DNA of 64,000 bases from Centroscyllium fabricii (taxonomy: Eukaryota): NCBI GenBank assembly GCA_051313645.2, contig JBNRSN020000015.1:60946001-61010000 (forward strand), read 5' to 3'. Numbering within the stretch: position 1 is the stretch's first letter; every line of letters begins with the position of its first letter. Both the position numbers and the translations under genes were made by a program. The notes under the pieces were generated by a model. It did not search any database. It saw nothing but the letters and a program-made list of their open reading frames with translations, and was not told where the DNA came from. Shown here piece by piece: positions 1 through 12,047 of the stretch.

Positions 1-673
1 TTCGCACAATAAATCACTCCATTCATTTAATTGACTCATAATGGATGATGTCCGATCTGACTAACAGGGAGTAATCTGGGTGTAATCTGGGTGTACAACA
101 CTGGTAAAGCCATCACACATCCAGTCACATTGGCTGGGATTTTGCTCGCCTCGGTGGGTCCATGACGGGCAACGCGGTGGCGGGTTCCGGCCCCGCTGCT
201 GGCTCCATCATGCCGTCTGAAAAGAATTTCCCTTGATTAGGCTTGGTAACCCCACCCACAGTGTTGGGAAAGTTCACACTTAACAAGAGCTAGCTCAAAG
301 TTCAGTTCAATCATTTTAAAATGAACTAGTTCAAGTTCATAGTTCATAATTTTGAATTTTGAACTTAAGTTCGCAGCTCAAAAATGAACTAGTTCAAAGT
401 TCGGCGTTTTTTTCGGTTTTTTTAATGCGCTGCCCCGAGCTATTATTTTTCAATAGAACATCCTCTTATCCATCCACTGACAGCCCCCAATCATTGCTAC
501 AGCCCATTAAAGAATAATAGAAGCTGATTACTTTATAAGTTTTATCACTGAATCATTGTGTCAGTAGTTTCCTATTATGCAGGGGGTAGAGTCAGTTTGG
601 AGCAATGCAAATTATGAAGCAGGAGGAACAAATAGAGAACTGTCTGTATGTATATACACAGGCTGAGTATATA

Positions 674-988
674 GGGCGGCACGGTGGCACAGTGCTTAGC
701 ACTGCGGTCTCACAGCACTGGAGACCCGGGTTCAAATCCAGCCTCGGGTACTATCTGTGTGGAGTTTGCACATTCTCCCCATGTCTGCGTGGGTTTTTGG
801 CCAGGATAAATTTACCCTTAGTGTTAGGGGGATTGAATATGTGGGGTTATGGGAATAGGATGGGATATGTGTTGGTGCAGGCTCGGTAGGGATCGAGGGA
901 TATGAGGAGAGGGCAGGTTACAGGGTTTGGATGATCAGCCATGATCTCTTTGAATGGTGGAGCAGGCTTGAAGGGCTCCTATCTTTCT
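674..988 (+). mobile_element. HE1-like tRNA-derived V-SINE, internally deleted
   Basis: gggcggcacggtggcacagtg head with B box gggttcaaatcc; V domain tgtgtggagtttgcacattctcccc; CR1-derived tail. Confidence 0.9.
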
Positions 989-1023
989 AAATAGGCAGGT
1001 ATGTAAGCAATTAATTAATTAAT

Positions 1024-1024
<1 letters not shown>

Positions 1025-1053
<29 letters not shown>
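1025..1053. repeat. (TAGA)n microsatellite
   Basis: About 7 tandem tetranucleotide units. Confidence 0.95.
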
Positions 1054-1055
<2 letters not shown>

Positions 1056-1057
1056 AA

Positions 1058-1323
1058 AAGCACTCACCGTCCGGAAGGCAGCAAAGCAAAGCACTCACCG
1101 TCCCGATGGCGCGGAAGGCAGCAAAGCAAAGCACTCACTGTCCCGATGGCGCGGAAGGCAGCAAAGCAAAGCACTCACCGTCCCGATGGCGCGGAAGGCA
1201 GCAAAGCAAAGCACTCACCGTCCCGATGGCGCGGAAGGCAGCAAAGCAAAGCACTCACCGTCCCGATGGCGCGGAAGGCAGCAAAGCAAAGCACTCACCG
1301 TCCCGATGGCGCGGAAGGCAGCA
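1058..1323. repeat. 40-bp minisatellite, 6 near-perfect copies plus a partial copy
   Basis: Unit gcaaagcaaagcactcaccgtcccgatggcgcggaaggca repeated head to tail over 1081-1320 with one substitution. Confidence 0.97.
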
Positions 1324-2055
1324 GCGATTCAGACTCCACATACCGCGAGAGCGCCGCTCACACCCTCCAAAGCGAGCGACACTCACATTTTCGCTCAGGC
1401 TGCTGGGAAAGAGCACGCTCGTTCAGCGTTCACGAAAATGTGAACGCGCGCTCACGGCCAACACTGCCCGCCCAGCGCGTTTCCCAGCCAATTAGAGGAA
1501 GTGGGTCTGATGATGTGATATGTTGACGCGTCAACAGCCGGTTTCCTTAAAGGGACCATGGCCAAATTTATTTTGACATTTGTACTGTCAGTGTACTACA
1601 GCATTGAGGTGTTGCAAGCACTGCACAGAGGTGCAGGGCTGCACCCAGGCTCTCCCATGATTCCCTCTATTTGCTTATGGAGGGAGTCACAGCACACAGG
1701 GAGATTCTCTTCCCTTCCAGTGGGCAGAAGAGACCACCCCCCCCCACCAGCCACCAGGAGATCAACACAGTCTGATTGCACATTGTAGAGGAGGGCACAA
1801 GCAAGCATGTAGTCAGGAGGACCTGGGTGCAGTGCCACAAATGTTACAATTATCTCATTAGATCACAAAATGTTAGTACAAAGCCATACTCAACCTCATC
1901 CTGCTGTGCCTCTCATCACATCCTCATCACTTTCACTTTCCTACCTTACTCCTGCACATCCTTACTCACACCAACTTACCTTTCACCTCCACCCATCACT
2001 CTCCATCTCACTAGCCACCCCTCACACTCCCCCTCATCACAGTGCAATCATACCA

Positions 2056-2602
2056 AGGCCACAGCAGGAATACTGTGTGCAGTTCTGGTCACCACACTAT
2101 AGGAACGATGTGATTGCATTGGAGAGGGTGCAGAGGAGATTCACCAGGATGTTGCCTGGGCTGGAGCGCTTCAGCTATGAAGAGAGACTGGACAGGCTGG
2201 GGTTGTTTTCCTTAGAGCAGAGAAGGCTGAGGGGGGACCTCATTGAGGTGTACAAAATTATGAGGGGCATAGATAGGGTAGATAGAAAGGAACTTTTCCC
2301 CTTAGTAGAGGGGTCAATAACCAAGGAGCATAGTTTCAAGGTAAGGGGCAGAAGATTTAGAGGGGATTTGAGGAGAAACTTTTTCACCCAGAAGGTGGTT
2401 GGAATCTGGAACTCACTGCCTGAAAGGGTGGTAGAGGCAGGAACCCTCATAACATTCAAGAAGCATTTAGATGAGCACTTGAAACGCCATAGCATACAAG
2501 GCTATGGACCAAGTCCTGGAAAATGGGATTAGAATAGACAGGGCTTGATGGCCGGTGCGGACACGATGGGCCGAAGGGCCTCTTTCTGCGCTGTCTACTC
2601 TA
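2056..2602 (+). mobile_element. CR1 LINE 3' fragment
   Basis: EYCVQFWSPHYRNDVIALERVQRRFTRMLPGL...RRLRGDLIEVYKIM ORF2 C-terminus plus 3' UTR; host element resumes on both sides. Confidence 0.92.
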
Positions 2603-2795
2603 TAACAACACACAAGAGTAACCACTTGGGTGTTTTATGCAATCTTCATGTAAAGTTTCTGTTAATGTGGTGTCAAACATTGAAACCTTTACTTTCAACA
2701 CTGCGTTCTTTGACAAATCTGTGTGCACCTTTGGAAGTGGCTTAGTGAGTTGCAATGAATGGTGAGTCACAATGGTCCCCCCCCCCCCCCGTAAT

Positions 2796-3957
2796 ACATA
2801 GATACATAGATACATAGATGATAGGAGCAGGAGTAGGCCATTCGGCCCTTCGAGCCTGCTCCGCCATTCAATGAGATCATGGCTGATCCTTCAGTTCAGT
2901 ATCCCGTCCCTGCCTTCTCTCCGTAACCTTTAACCCCTTTTGCCTGCAGAAATATATCTAATTCCCTCTTAAATATATTTAATGAGCTGGCGTCCACTGC
3001 CCTCTGTGGCAGTGAGTTCCACAGGTTCACCACTCTCTGGGTGAAGAAATTCCTCCTCATCTCTGTCCTAAATGGTTTAGCCCTTATCCTTAAACTGTGT
3101 CCCCTAGTTCTGTACTCTCCTGCCATCGGAAACATTCCTTCTGCATCTAGTCTGTCCAGGCCTGTCAGAATTTTATATGTTTCTATGAGATCCCCTCTCA
3201 ATCTTCTAAACTCCAGTGTGTACATCCCCAAACTACATAGTCTCTCCTCATAGGTCATTCCTGCCATTCCTGGTATCAGCCTGGTGAATCGCCGCTGCAC
3301 TCCTTCCATGGCAAGAACATCCTTCCTCAGATGAGGCGACCAAAACTGCACACAGTACTCGAGGTGTGGTCTCACCAGTGCCCTGTACAGCTGTAGTAAG
3401 GTGTCCTTGTTCCTGTATTCTAACCCTTTTGATATGAAGGCCAGCATACCATTTGCCTTCCTGACCGCCTGTTGCACCTGCATGCTCGCCTTCAATGACT
3501 GGTGCACAAGAACACCCAGGTCTCTCTGTACTTCCCCATCTCCCAATCTATTGCCATTTAAATAACAATTTGCCCTCCCGTTTTTGCCCCCAAGGTGGAT
3601 AACTTCACACTTATCCACATTATAGTGCATTTGCCATGTATCTGCCCAGTCCCCCAATTTGTCCAAATCGCTCTGGAGCTTCCTGATCTCTTCTTCTGAG
3701 CCTACCCCCCCTCCTAGTTTAGTGTCGTCTGCGAATTTGGAGATGCTGCATCCGATTCCCTGATCTAGGTCATTAATATAAATTGTGAACAGCTGGGGAC
3801 CCAGGACAGATCCCTGAGGTACCCCACTTGTTACTGCCTGCCATTCAGAAAATGAGCCGTTTATTCCAACTCTCTGTTTTCTATCTGCCAGCCAGTTCTC
3901 TATCCACGTCAATACTTTTCCCCTTATCCCATGAGCCTTGATTTTACATGCTAATGA
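2796..3957 (-). mobile_element. CR1 LINE, 5'-truncated, RT C-half open
   Basis: ORF 2896-4113 with GVPQGSVLGP and KFADDTKL; 8-nt tail repeats (acatagat)n at ~2796-2818. Confidence 0.95.
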
Positions 3958-3959
3958 TG

Positions 3960-5470
3960 ATGAGTGTGAAAGGAATGGCTTGGACAAGTGTCGATTAATT
4001 AAGAAAATCAAGCATAGATTTGTTAAAGGAAAATTGTGTTTAACTAACTTGATTGAGTTCCTTGATGAGGTAACAGAGAGGGTTGATGAGTGTAATGCAG
4101 TTAACGTAGTCATAGAATCATAGAATCCCTACAGTGCAGATAGAGGCCATTTCGTCCCATCGAGCCTGCACCGACACATATCCCACCCTATCCCCGTAAC
4201 CCCACATATTTAATCCCCCTAACACTAAGTCAATTTATCATGGCCAATCAACCTAACCCGCACATCTTTAGACATGGATTTCCAAAAGGCGTTCGACAAA
4301 GTGCCACATAGTGTACATGGATTTCCAAAAGGCGTTCGACAAAGTGCCACATAATAGGCTTGCCAGCAAAGTTGAAGCCCATGGAATAAAAGGGACAGTG
4401 GCAGCATGGATACGAAATTGGCTGAGTGACAGGAAACAGAGAGTCGTGGTGAACGGTTATTTTTCTGACTGGAGGAAGGTATACAGTGGTATTCCCCAGG
4501 GGTCGGTTCTAGGGCCACTGCTTTTCTTGATATATTAATGACTTGGACATGGGTGTACAGGGCACAATTTCAAAATTTGCAGATGACACAAAACTTGTAA
4601 GTATAGGGAACAGTGAGAGGGAGAGTGATAGACCTCAGGAGGACATAGACAGGCTGGTAAAATGGGAGGACACATGGCAGTTGAAATTTAACGCAGAAAA
4701 GTGTGAAGTGATACATTTTGGCAGAAAGACTGAGGAGAGGACATATAAACTAAATGGTACAATCCTGAAAGGGGTGCACGAACAGAGAGACCTGGGGGTA
4801 TGTGTGCACAAATCATTGACGGAAGCAGGTTGAGAAAGCAGTTAAAAAGGCTTAAGGGATCCTGGGCTTCATAAATAGAGGTATGAAGTACAAAAGAGTG
4901 GAAATTATGATGAATCTTTATAAAACACTGGTTCGGCCCCAACTGGAGTACTGTGTCCAATTCTAGGCACCACACTTTAGGGAGGGTGCAGAAAAGATTT
5001 ACGAGAATGATTCCAGGAATGAGGGACTTCAATTATGTTGATAGACTGGAGAATCTGGGGTTGTTCTCATTGGAACAGAGAAGATTGAGAGGAAATTTGA
5101 TAGAGGTGATCAAAATCATGAGGGGTCTGGACAGAGTAGATAGAGGCAAACTGATCCCGTTGGTGAAGGGTTGAGAACCAGAGGATACAGATTTAAGGTG
5201 ATTGGCAAAAGATCCAAAAACAACATAAGAAAAAAAAAATTACACACCGAGTGGTTAAGATCTGGAATGCACTGCCTGAAAGGGTGGTGGGGACAGATTC
5301 AATCACTGCTTTCAAAAGGAATTGGATAAGTATCTGAAGGCAAGACATTTTCAGGGTTACGGGGAAAGGACAGGGGAGCGGGACTAGCTCAAGTGCTCTT
5401 GCAGAGAGCCGGCATTGTCTCGATGGGCCAAATGGACTTTTTCCATGCTGTAATCATTCTATGATTCTAT
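3960..5470 (+). mobile_element. Degenerate CR1 LINE (RT region), interrupted by a SINE fragment
   Basis: CLTNLIEF, MDFQKAFDKVPH, GIPQGSVLGP, KFADDTKL across frameshifts; tail attctatgattctat. Confidence 0.92.
4110..4270 (-). mobile_element. HE1-like SINE 3' fragment with short (type A) tail
   Basis: Shares the SINE body 3' part; minus-strand tail gatgggacgaaatggcctctatctgcactgtagggattctatgattctatg. Confidence 0.85.
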
Positions 5471-5540
5471 TGTATGATTGGAAATTTGCCCCAGCATCTG
5501 AGTTACTCCTGCAAACTCACGACCATCCATTGGTTGTACA

Positions 5541-8051
5541 ACAAGATTTGCGCGACAAATAAAGGAAAGATGTGGGGGACAGAGGGTAGTTATAATGGGA
5601 GATTTCAATTTCCCTAATATAGACTGGAATCTAGGTAGGTCAAAGAGTGCAGAGGGTGAGATTTTCCTACAATGCATACAGGAAGGTTTCCTGACACAAT
5701 ACGTGGAGGAACCAACAAGGGGGGGGGGCAACATTGGACCTGGTTCTGGGAAATGAACCAGGCCAAGTGGTAGAACTGGGGGTAAGGGAGCACTTTGGGG
5801 ACAGTGACCACAATTCGGTGACGTTCACAATAGTAATGGAGAAGGATAGGAGCAGGAGGCAGGGTAAGGTATACAGCTGGGGGAGGGGAAATTACGACAG
5901 GGTTAGGCACGATTTAGCTAACACCAATTGGGAACGGGAACTTGCGGGGAGAGGAACGGAAGAAAAATGGAGAGTGTTCAGGGAGAAAATTTTGAAAGCC
6001 CTGGATAAGCATGTCCCGAGTAGGATGGGAAAAAAGGGTAAGATGAGAGAACCATGGATCACGAAAGAGGTAGAACAATTAGTAAAAAAGAAGAAGGAAG
6101 CATATGATAAAATGAGAAAACAGAGTACAGAAGGGGCGGGAAGGGAGTACAAAGAAGCAAGGAAAAATCTGAAAAATGGGCTAAGGAAGGCAAAGGGAGG
6201 GCACGAGAAGGCATTAGCGAGAAGGATAAAGGAGAACCCTAAGGCTTTCTATGCGTACGTAAGAAACAAAAGGATGACTAGGGTAAGAGTAGGGCCGATC
6301 AAAGACAGCAAGGGAGAAACGTGCACGGAGCCAGAGGAAATTGGGGAAGCACTAAACGAATATTTTGCGTCCGTGTTCACAAGGGAGAGGGAACAAAAAG
6401 TAGAGGGGGAGTTCAAGATACAAGGGGAAAGGATGGGGGAAGTAAATATCCAGAGCGGGGAGGTATTAGATATTTTGGAGAAACTAAAGGTAGACAAAAC
6501 TCCTGGGCCAGACGGGATATATCCAAGGATTCTCTGGGAGGCGAGGAACGAAATCGCAGAGCCACTGACCTCTATCTTTAGATCATCGCTATCCTCGGGG
6601 ATAGTCCCTGAGGACTGGAGAGAGGCGAATGTGGCTCCCATATTTAAAAAGGGGAAAAGGGACGTGCCAGGGAACTACAGACCAGTCAGCCTCACCTCAG
6701 TGGTTGGAAAGATGATGGAAAGGGTCCTGAGGGACAAGATCTACGACCATCTAGAAAGGGGCAAATTAATCAGAAGCAGTCAGCACGGTTTTGTTAAGGG
6801 TAAATCGTGCCTGACCAACCTGATAGAATTCTTTGAAGAGGTGACCAAGAGTGTGGACGAGGGAAAGGCGGTTGATGTCATATATATGGACTTCAGCAAG
6901 GCGTTCGACAAGGTCCCGCACGGTCGGCTCATGAAGAAAGTAAGGAGTTGCGGGGTAAGCAGCAAAGTGGTGGGATGGATTGAGAACTGGCTGGCTCAGA
7001 GGAAGCAGAGGGTAGTGGTAGAAGGCCAATACTCGAGCTGGAGACCGGTCACCAGCGGGGTACCACAGGGGTCGGTGTTGGGGCCACTACTGTTTGTAAT
7101 CTTCATCAATGACTTGGAGGAGGGGGCTGAGGGGTGGGTCAGCAAATTTGCAGATGACACAAAGATTGGGGGAGTAGTGGATGAGGAGGAAGGGAGTAGA
7201 ACGATTCAGAGGGATATAGACAGGATGCAGAGCTGGGCTGAAGAATGGCAAATGGAGTTCAACACAGGGAAATGCGAGGTGATGCACTTCGGCAGGGCAA
7301 ATAGGAAGAGGGAATATAGGGTCAACGGCAGGATCCTGAGTGAAGCAGAGGAGCAAAGGGATCTGGGAGTATATGTACACAGATCACTGAAGGCTGCCAC
7401 CCAGGTGGACAAAGCAGTAAAAAAGGCCTATGGTGTATTGGCCTTCATCAACAGGGGAATAGAGTTTAAGAACCGGGAGGTCATGCTGCAGTTGTACAGG
7501 TCACTGGTGAGACCACACGTGGAGTACTGTGTGCAGTTCTGGGCACCGTACTACAGGAGGGATGTGGAGGCACTGGAAAGAGTGCAGAGGAGATTCACCA
7601 GGATGCTGCCGGGAATGGGGGGAAAGTCATACGAGGAACGGTTAAGGGAACTGGGACTCTTCTCCCTGGAACGAAGAAGGAAGAGGGGGGACCTGATAGA
7701 GATGTATAAAATGATGAAGGGGATCGACAGAGTAAATGTGCAAAGACTGTTTCCCCGGGCGGGAAGAACGACAACAAGAGGACACGAGCACAAGATTCAA
7801 GGAGGAAGATTCAGACGGGATGGCAGGGGCAAGTTCTTCACACAAAGAGTGGTTGGGGAATGGAATAGGCTACCATCTGAAATAGTGGATGCGGACAGTC
7901 TGGGTGCTTTTAAAAGGATGATAGACAGGTACATGGAAGGGAAGGAACAGTAGGGGGGACAGGAAAAATCAGAGACGGAATAAGGGCGGCACTACATTGA
8001 GGGCCCAAGAGCCTGTACAGTGCTGTATGTTCTATGTTCTATGTTCTATGT
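5541..8051 (+). mobile_element. Young 5'-truncated CR1 LINE with uninterrupted 739-codon ORF2 segment (end of APE endonuclease plus whole RT)
   Basis: ORF 5734-7953 with SDHN, NYRPVSLTS, QHGF, DFSKAFDKVPH, GVPQGSVLGP, KFADD; upstream MGDFNFPNIDW offset by 1 nt at a G10 run; (tatgttc)n tail. Confidence 0.97.
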
Positions 8052-8589
8052 CATTGATAAGTTCTTTATGTTCTGGATTTTTTTCAGTCAAACCGCTCGT
8101 TTTTGGGTAGTGTAGCAGTGGTAAACAAAGCAAAATGGAGGGAAGGCATATTATCGAAACCCCAAAACCCTCCCCCAAAAAGTGTTAATTAAAATCTTCC
8201 TCCGGTAAACGCAACAGTCAGTAAGGCTGCCCAGCCTGAGCCCATCGTGCCACATGTAAATGGTGGCAGGTTGGTATGGTTCAATTGACCTCACTATTTC
8301 TTTTGGTTTCCAGCTCTTTGCCAACCGCACTACAAAAGCTGCATTCTCAGGACAAGTACTTATCCCAGAGATGGGAGAGCAAATTAAAGGCAAAAATTCC
8401 CGACACGTTTTGCTGTAAATAGAAACAATCCATTTATATTATCTTAGAGGTTTCACGAATTAAAAAGAAAATGAAGTCACAGTCATAGCTGGCAGGTGAG
8501 TAATGCTGCTTGGAGCTACAGCAGGAAAATTAAGCCTGCTGTACATTTTAAACCTGGGACTGGAAATTATTACAAAATGGCTACTTTGC

Positions 8590-10376
8590 ATCATTTGTCA
8601 TCACTGAATATGTTGCTGGATTGCCAATAATTCAACATAGGTTTGATGCTACTATTGAACATATTAAAATTGTTGCAAATATAGTCCTTGCGGGAATTAG
8701 TAATATTAAAACAGTTCGAGCTAATGGCATTCGTCCTCGACTGCTCAAAGAAATGGGGGCTGTGCTCTGTGAGCCACTTGATCATATATTTAATAGCTCA
8801 CTGAAGAAAGCCTATGTGGTAGCAGTATTTAAAAAGTTGGAACAGGGAATCTATTGATCCATTAATTTGACTTTGGTTACCAGCGAGTTGCTGCAAGGAA
8901 CCGTTACAGATGCTTTCCATGAACAACTGAAAAGAGAAAGGGTTATAAAGGAATTTTAGCATGGCTTCTTTTTACTCATTTATGGGATGTGGGCGTCGCT
9001 GGCAAGGCCAGCATTTATTGCCCATCCCTAATTGCCCTTGAGAAGGTGGTGGTGAGTCGCCTTCTTGGACCGCTGCAGTCCATGTGAAGATATTCCTACA
9101 GTGTTGTTAGGGATGGAGCTCCAGGATTATGACCCAGCGACGATGAAGGATCGGCAATATAATTCTAAGTCAGGATGGTGTGTGACTTGGAGGTGCTGGT
9201 GTTCCCATGCACCTGCTGCCCTTGTCCTTCTAGGTGGAAGAGGTCGTGAGTTTGGGAGGTGCTGCCGAAGAAGCCTTGGCGAGTTGCTGCAGTGCATCTT
9301 GTAGATGGTACACACTGCAGCCATGGTACGCCGGTGGTGGAGGGAGTAAATGTTTAATGTGGTGGATGGGGTGCCAATCAAGCGGGTTGCTTTGTCCTGG
9401 ATGGTGTCGATCTTCTTGTGTTGTTGGAGCTGCACTCATCCAAGCAAGAGGAGAGTATTCCATCACACTCCTTACTTGTGCCTTGCAGATGGTGGAAAGG
9501 TTGGTCAGAAGGTGAAACACTCGCCGCAGAATACCTAGCCTCTGACCTTCTCTTGTTGCCACAGTGTCTATGTGGCTGGTCCAGTTAAGTTTCTTGTCAA
9601 TAGTGACCCCTAAAATGTTGATGGTGAGGGATTTGGTGATGATAATACTGTCAAGGGGAGGTGGTTGGACTCTCGCTTGTTGGAGATAGTCATTGACTGG
9701 CACTCCTGTGGCATGAATGTTACCTGCCACTTATCAGCCCAAGCCTGAATGTTGTCCAGGTCTTGTTGTGTGCAGGCATGGACTGCTTCATTATCTGAGG
9801 AGTTGTGAATGGCGCTGAACACTGTGCAGTCATCAGCGAACATCCCCATTTCTGACCTTGTGGAGGGAAGGTCATTGATGAAGCAGCTGAAAATGGTTGG
9901 GCCTAGGACACTGGGAAACAATGTCCTATTTCGCCAACTTGGTTGAAGTTTTTGAGGTTACGATGTTGGAAACTCGGTCAAAGTGGTGTACCTAGACTTT
10001 CAAAAACCTTTTGACAAAATGCTGCACAAAAGGCTACTCAGCAAGGTTGAGTCTTGTGAGATTGGCAGGCAGATTTTGGTTTGGCTAAGGAACTGGTTGC
10101 ATTTGTGCAGATAAAAGATAGTTACTAATTGTAGAGGTTCAGCGTGGGGACCAGTCACCAGTGTTTGGCCCATTGCTCTTCACCATCTTTATCAAAGATC
10201 AGAATTAATGTACTGAGGGAAATATCCACAAATTTCTGAATGACATGAAGATATGTGCAGGTGTGAGGACCTTAGTTGAAAAAATGTTACTGTAGATGGA
10301 TCCAGATGTGATAGGAAAATGGGCCCATGTTGGGCAGATTTCTTTTATTATAGTCAAATGTAACATGATGCATTTC
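8590..10376 (+). mobile_element. Old CR1 RT remnant split by the LINE at 8968-9913
   Basis: Decayed GIRPRLLKEM...EPL, catggcttc (HGF) and gactttcaaaaaccttttgacaaa (DFQKxFDK) motifs. Confidence 0.65.
8968..9913 (-). mobile_element. CR1/L2-group LINE 3' fragment, different family
   Basis: SVLGPTIFSCFINDLP, MFADDCTVF, KAQVRSVMEYSPLAW on minus strand; 3' end gggcaataaatgctggccttgccagcgacgcccacatccca. Confidence 0.85.
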
Positions 10377-10537
10377 ATAGAATCTCTACAGTGCAGATAG
10401 AGGCCATTTCGGCCCATCGAGCCTGCACCGACACATATCGCACCCTATCCCCGTAACCCCACATATTTAATCCCCCTTAACACTAAGGGTCAATTTATCC
10501 TGGCCAATCAACCTAACCCGCACATCTTTGGACTGGG
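10377..10537 (-). mobile_element. HE1-like SINE 3' fragment with short (type A) tail
   Basis: Near-identical to 4110-4270. Confidence 0.85.
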
Positions 10538-11203
10538 GTAGAGTAGGGACAACTCCAAACATATATACACCATGCAGGAACTCTGACATTTGGTGTCACT
10601 GCCTTTGGCCCCATCCACTCTTATACCACTTGCCTTTTGAGGGGTAGGCAGAGATTCTGTTCCTTATATGATCATCCTTTATAAGACCCAGCAAAAAATT
10701 CCATGTAAAGCTCTTCTGGCAGATGCCCACCGAAGCTATGGTAGTCATACAGCAGAAGGTCCATGGATTTTCAGGACAGTTATGTCCAGTCCACATTTTC
10801 TCTGTCACATCACATTTTTAGTGTTACATTTCAGCATGACACATGCTGATTGATTCAGATATTTATGTTCATAAAACAACAATAAATCATAACTGAAGAG
10901 ACTGGGGAGGTATGAATCAAATGTGAGGCAAGCAGGTAGATAAATTTCCAATGAAGAATCACAAAGACTTTATGAAAACAATAAACCAAGCATAAGCAGT
11001 TAACAAAATCTATCAAGAAAAGGAAGAGCAGCCAATTAAATTACCCAGAGGACTTGCTACTGTAAACTTGGTTTGCTACATAGAATGTACGTGCACTGGA
11101 GGAACATATGAAACAATTGTCAGAAATAACTGTAGAAAAGGAATTGGATATGAAAAAATTAGTAGCACACACAGTGGATAAATCAGTGGGACATGATGGC
11201 ATG

Positions 11204-11614
11204 CATAGAAACATAGAAACATAGAAACTAGAAGCAGGAGTAGGCCATTCAGCCCTTCGAGCCTGCTCCGCCATTCAATGAGATCATGGCTGATCATCCA
11301 AACCCATTACCCCGCCCCTGCCCTCTCCCCATATCCCTTGATCCCTATCGAGCCTCCATCAACACATATCCCACCCTATCCCCGTAACCCCACCTATTTA
11401 ATCCCCCTAACACTAAGGGTCAATTTATCCTGGCCAATCAACCTAACCCGCACATCTTTGGACTGTGGGAGGAAACCGGAGCACCCGGAGGAAACCCACG
11501 CAGACACGGGGAGAATGTGCAAACTCCACACAGATAGTACCCGAGGCTGGATTTGAACCCGGGTCTCCAGTGCTGTGAGACAACGGTGCTAATCACTGTG
11601 CCACCGTGCCGCCC
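11204..11614 (-). mobile_element. Full-length HE1-like V-SINE with long (type B) tail
   Basis: tRNA-like head, V domain, CR1-derived tail ending in (tttctatg)n. Confidence 0.95.
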
Positions 11615-12047
11615 ACTCACACTCCAGTCTTGATTTAATAGCGGAGGCTCTTGCCATAATTTTTCAATTCATTTTAAATATGTAAGTTGTGCTGTTGGAT
11701 TGGAAAGTAGCTGATGTAACACCTTTGTTCAAAAAGAGAGAGGAGGATAAACTGGGTAACTATGAATTAGTTAATCTCATGTCAGTATGAGGAAACTTTC
11801 AGAATTCATAATTTGAGAAAACGTTAGTGAGCATTTAGAAATGCATGGGTTAATCAAATATAGCCAGGAAAGACCATGCAAAGGCAAATCGTGTTTGACA
11901 AATTAATGGAGTGTTTTTGAAGAAATGATCAATTGGATAGTAAAGGGAATGCAATAGATGCAGTGTTTATGGATTTTCAATAAACATTTGATAAAGTCTC
12001 TCAGATGACACTTGGTAGGAGAATTCAGGTGTATGAGATAAGAAGAT

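Larger units (their letters stand above)
259..1466. mobile_element. Non-autonomous hAT-type DNA transposon
   Basis: TIRs CAGTGTTGG...CCAACACTG; 8-bp TSD cccaccca/cccgccca (1 mismatch); AGTTCA/TGAACT subterminal motifs. Confidence 0.85.
132..2790 (+). mobile_element. Degenerate PIF/Harbinger-type element with Myb/SANT-like remnant, interrupted by a hAT element and a CR1 fragment
   Basis: GGCTGGGATTTT terminus; collinear similarity to 59362-61112 (e.g. ccggtttccttaaagggacca; caacctcatcctgctgtgcc); remnant ...VVRRTWVQCHKCYNYLIRS at ~1790-1865. Confidence 0.7.

Noticed and set aside
1081-1320. 40-bp repeats as a CRISPR array or repeat protein (ORFs 1106-1526)
   Set aside because: Head-to-tail units without unique spacers, no cas genes, vertebrate intron; the ORFs are open only because the unit lacks stops
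5734-7953. 739-aa ORF as a host or domesticated gene
   Set aside because: Begins mid-endonuclease at a TTG, and has a CR1 3' UTR and tail; a truncated LINE copy
11530-11614. tRNA gene (also at other SINE heads)
   Set aside because: tRNA-derived SINE head continuous with V domain and LINE tail
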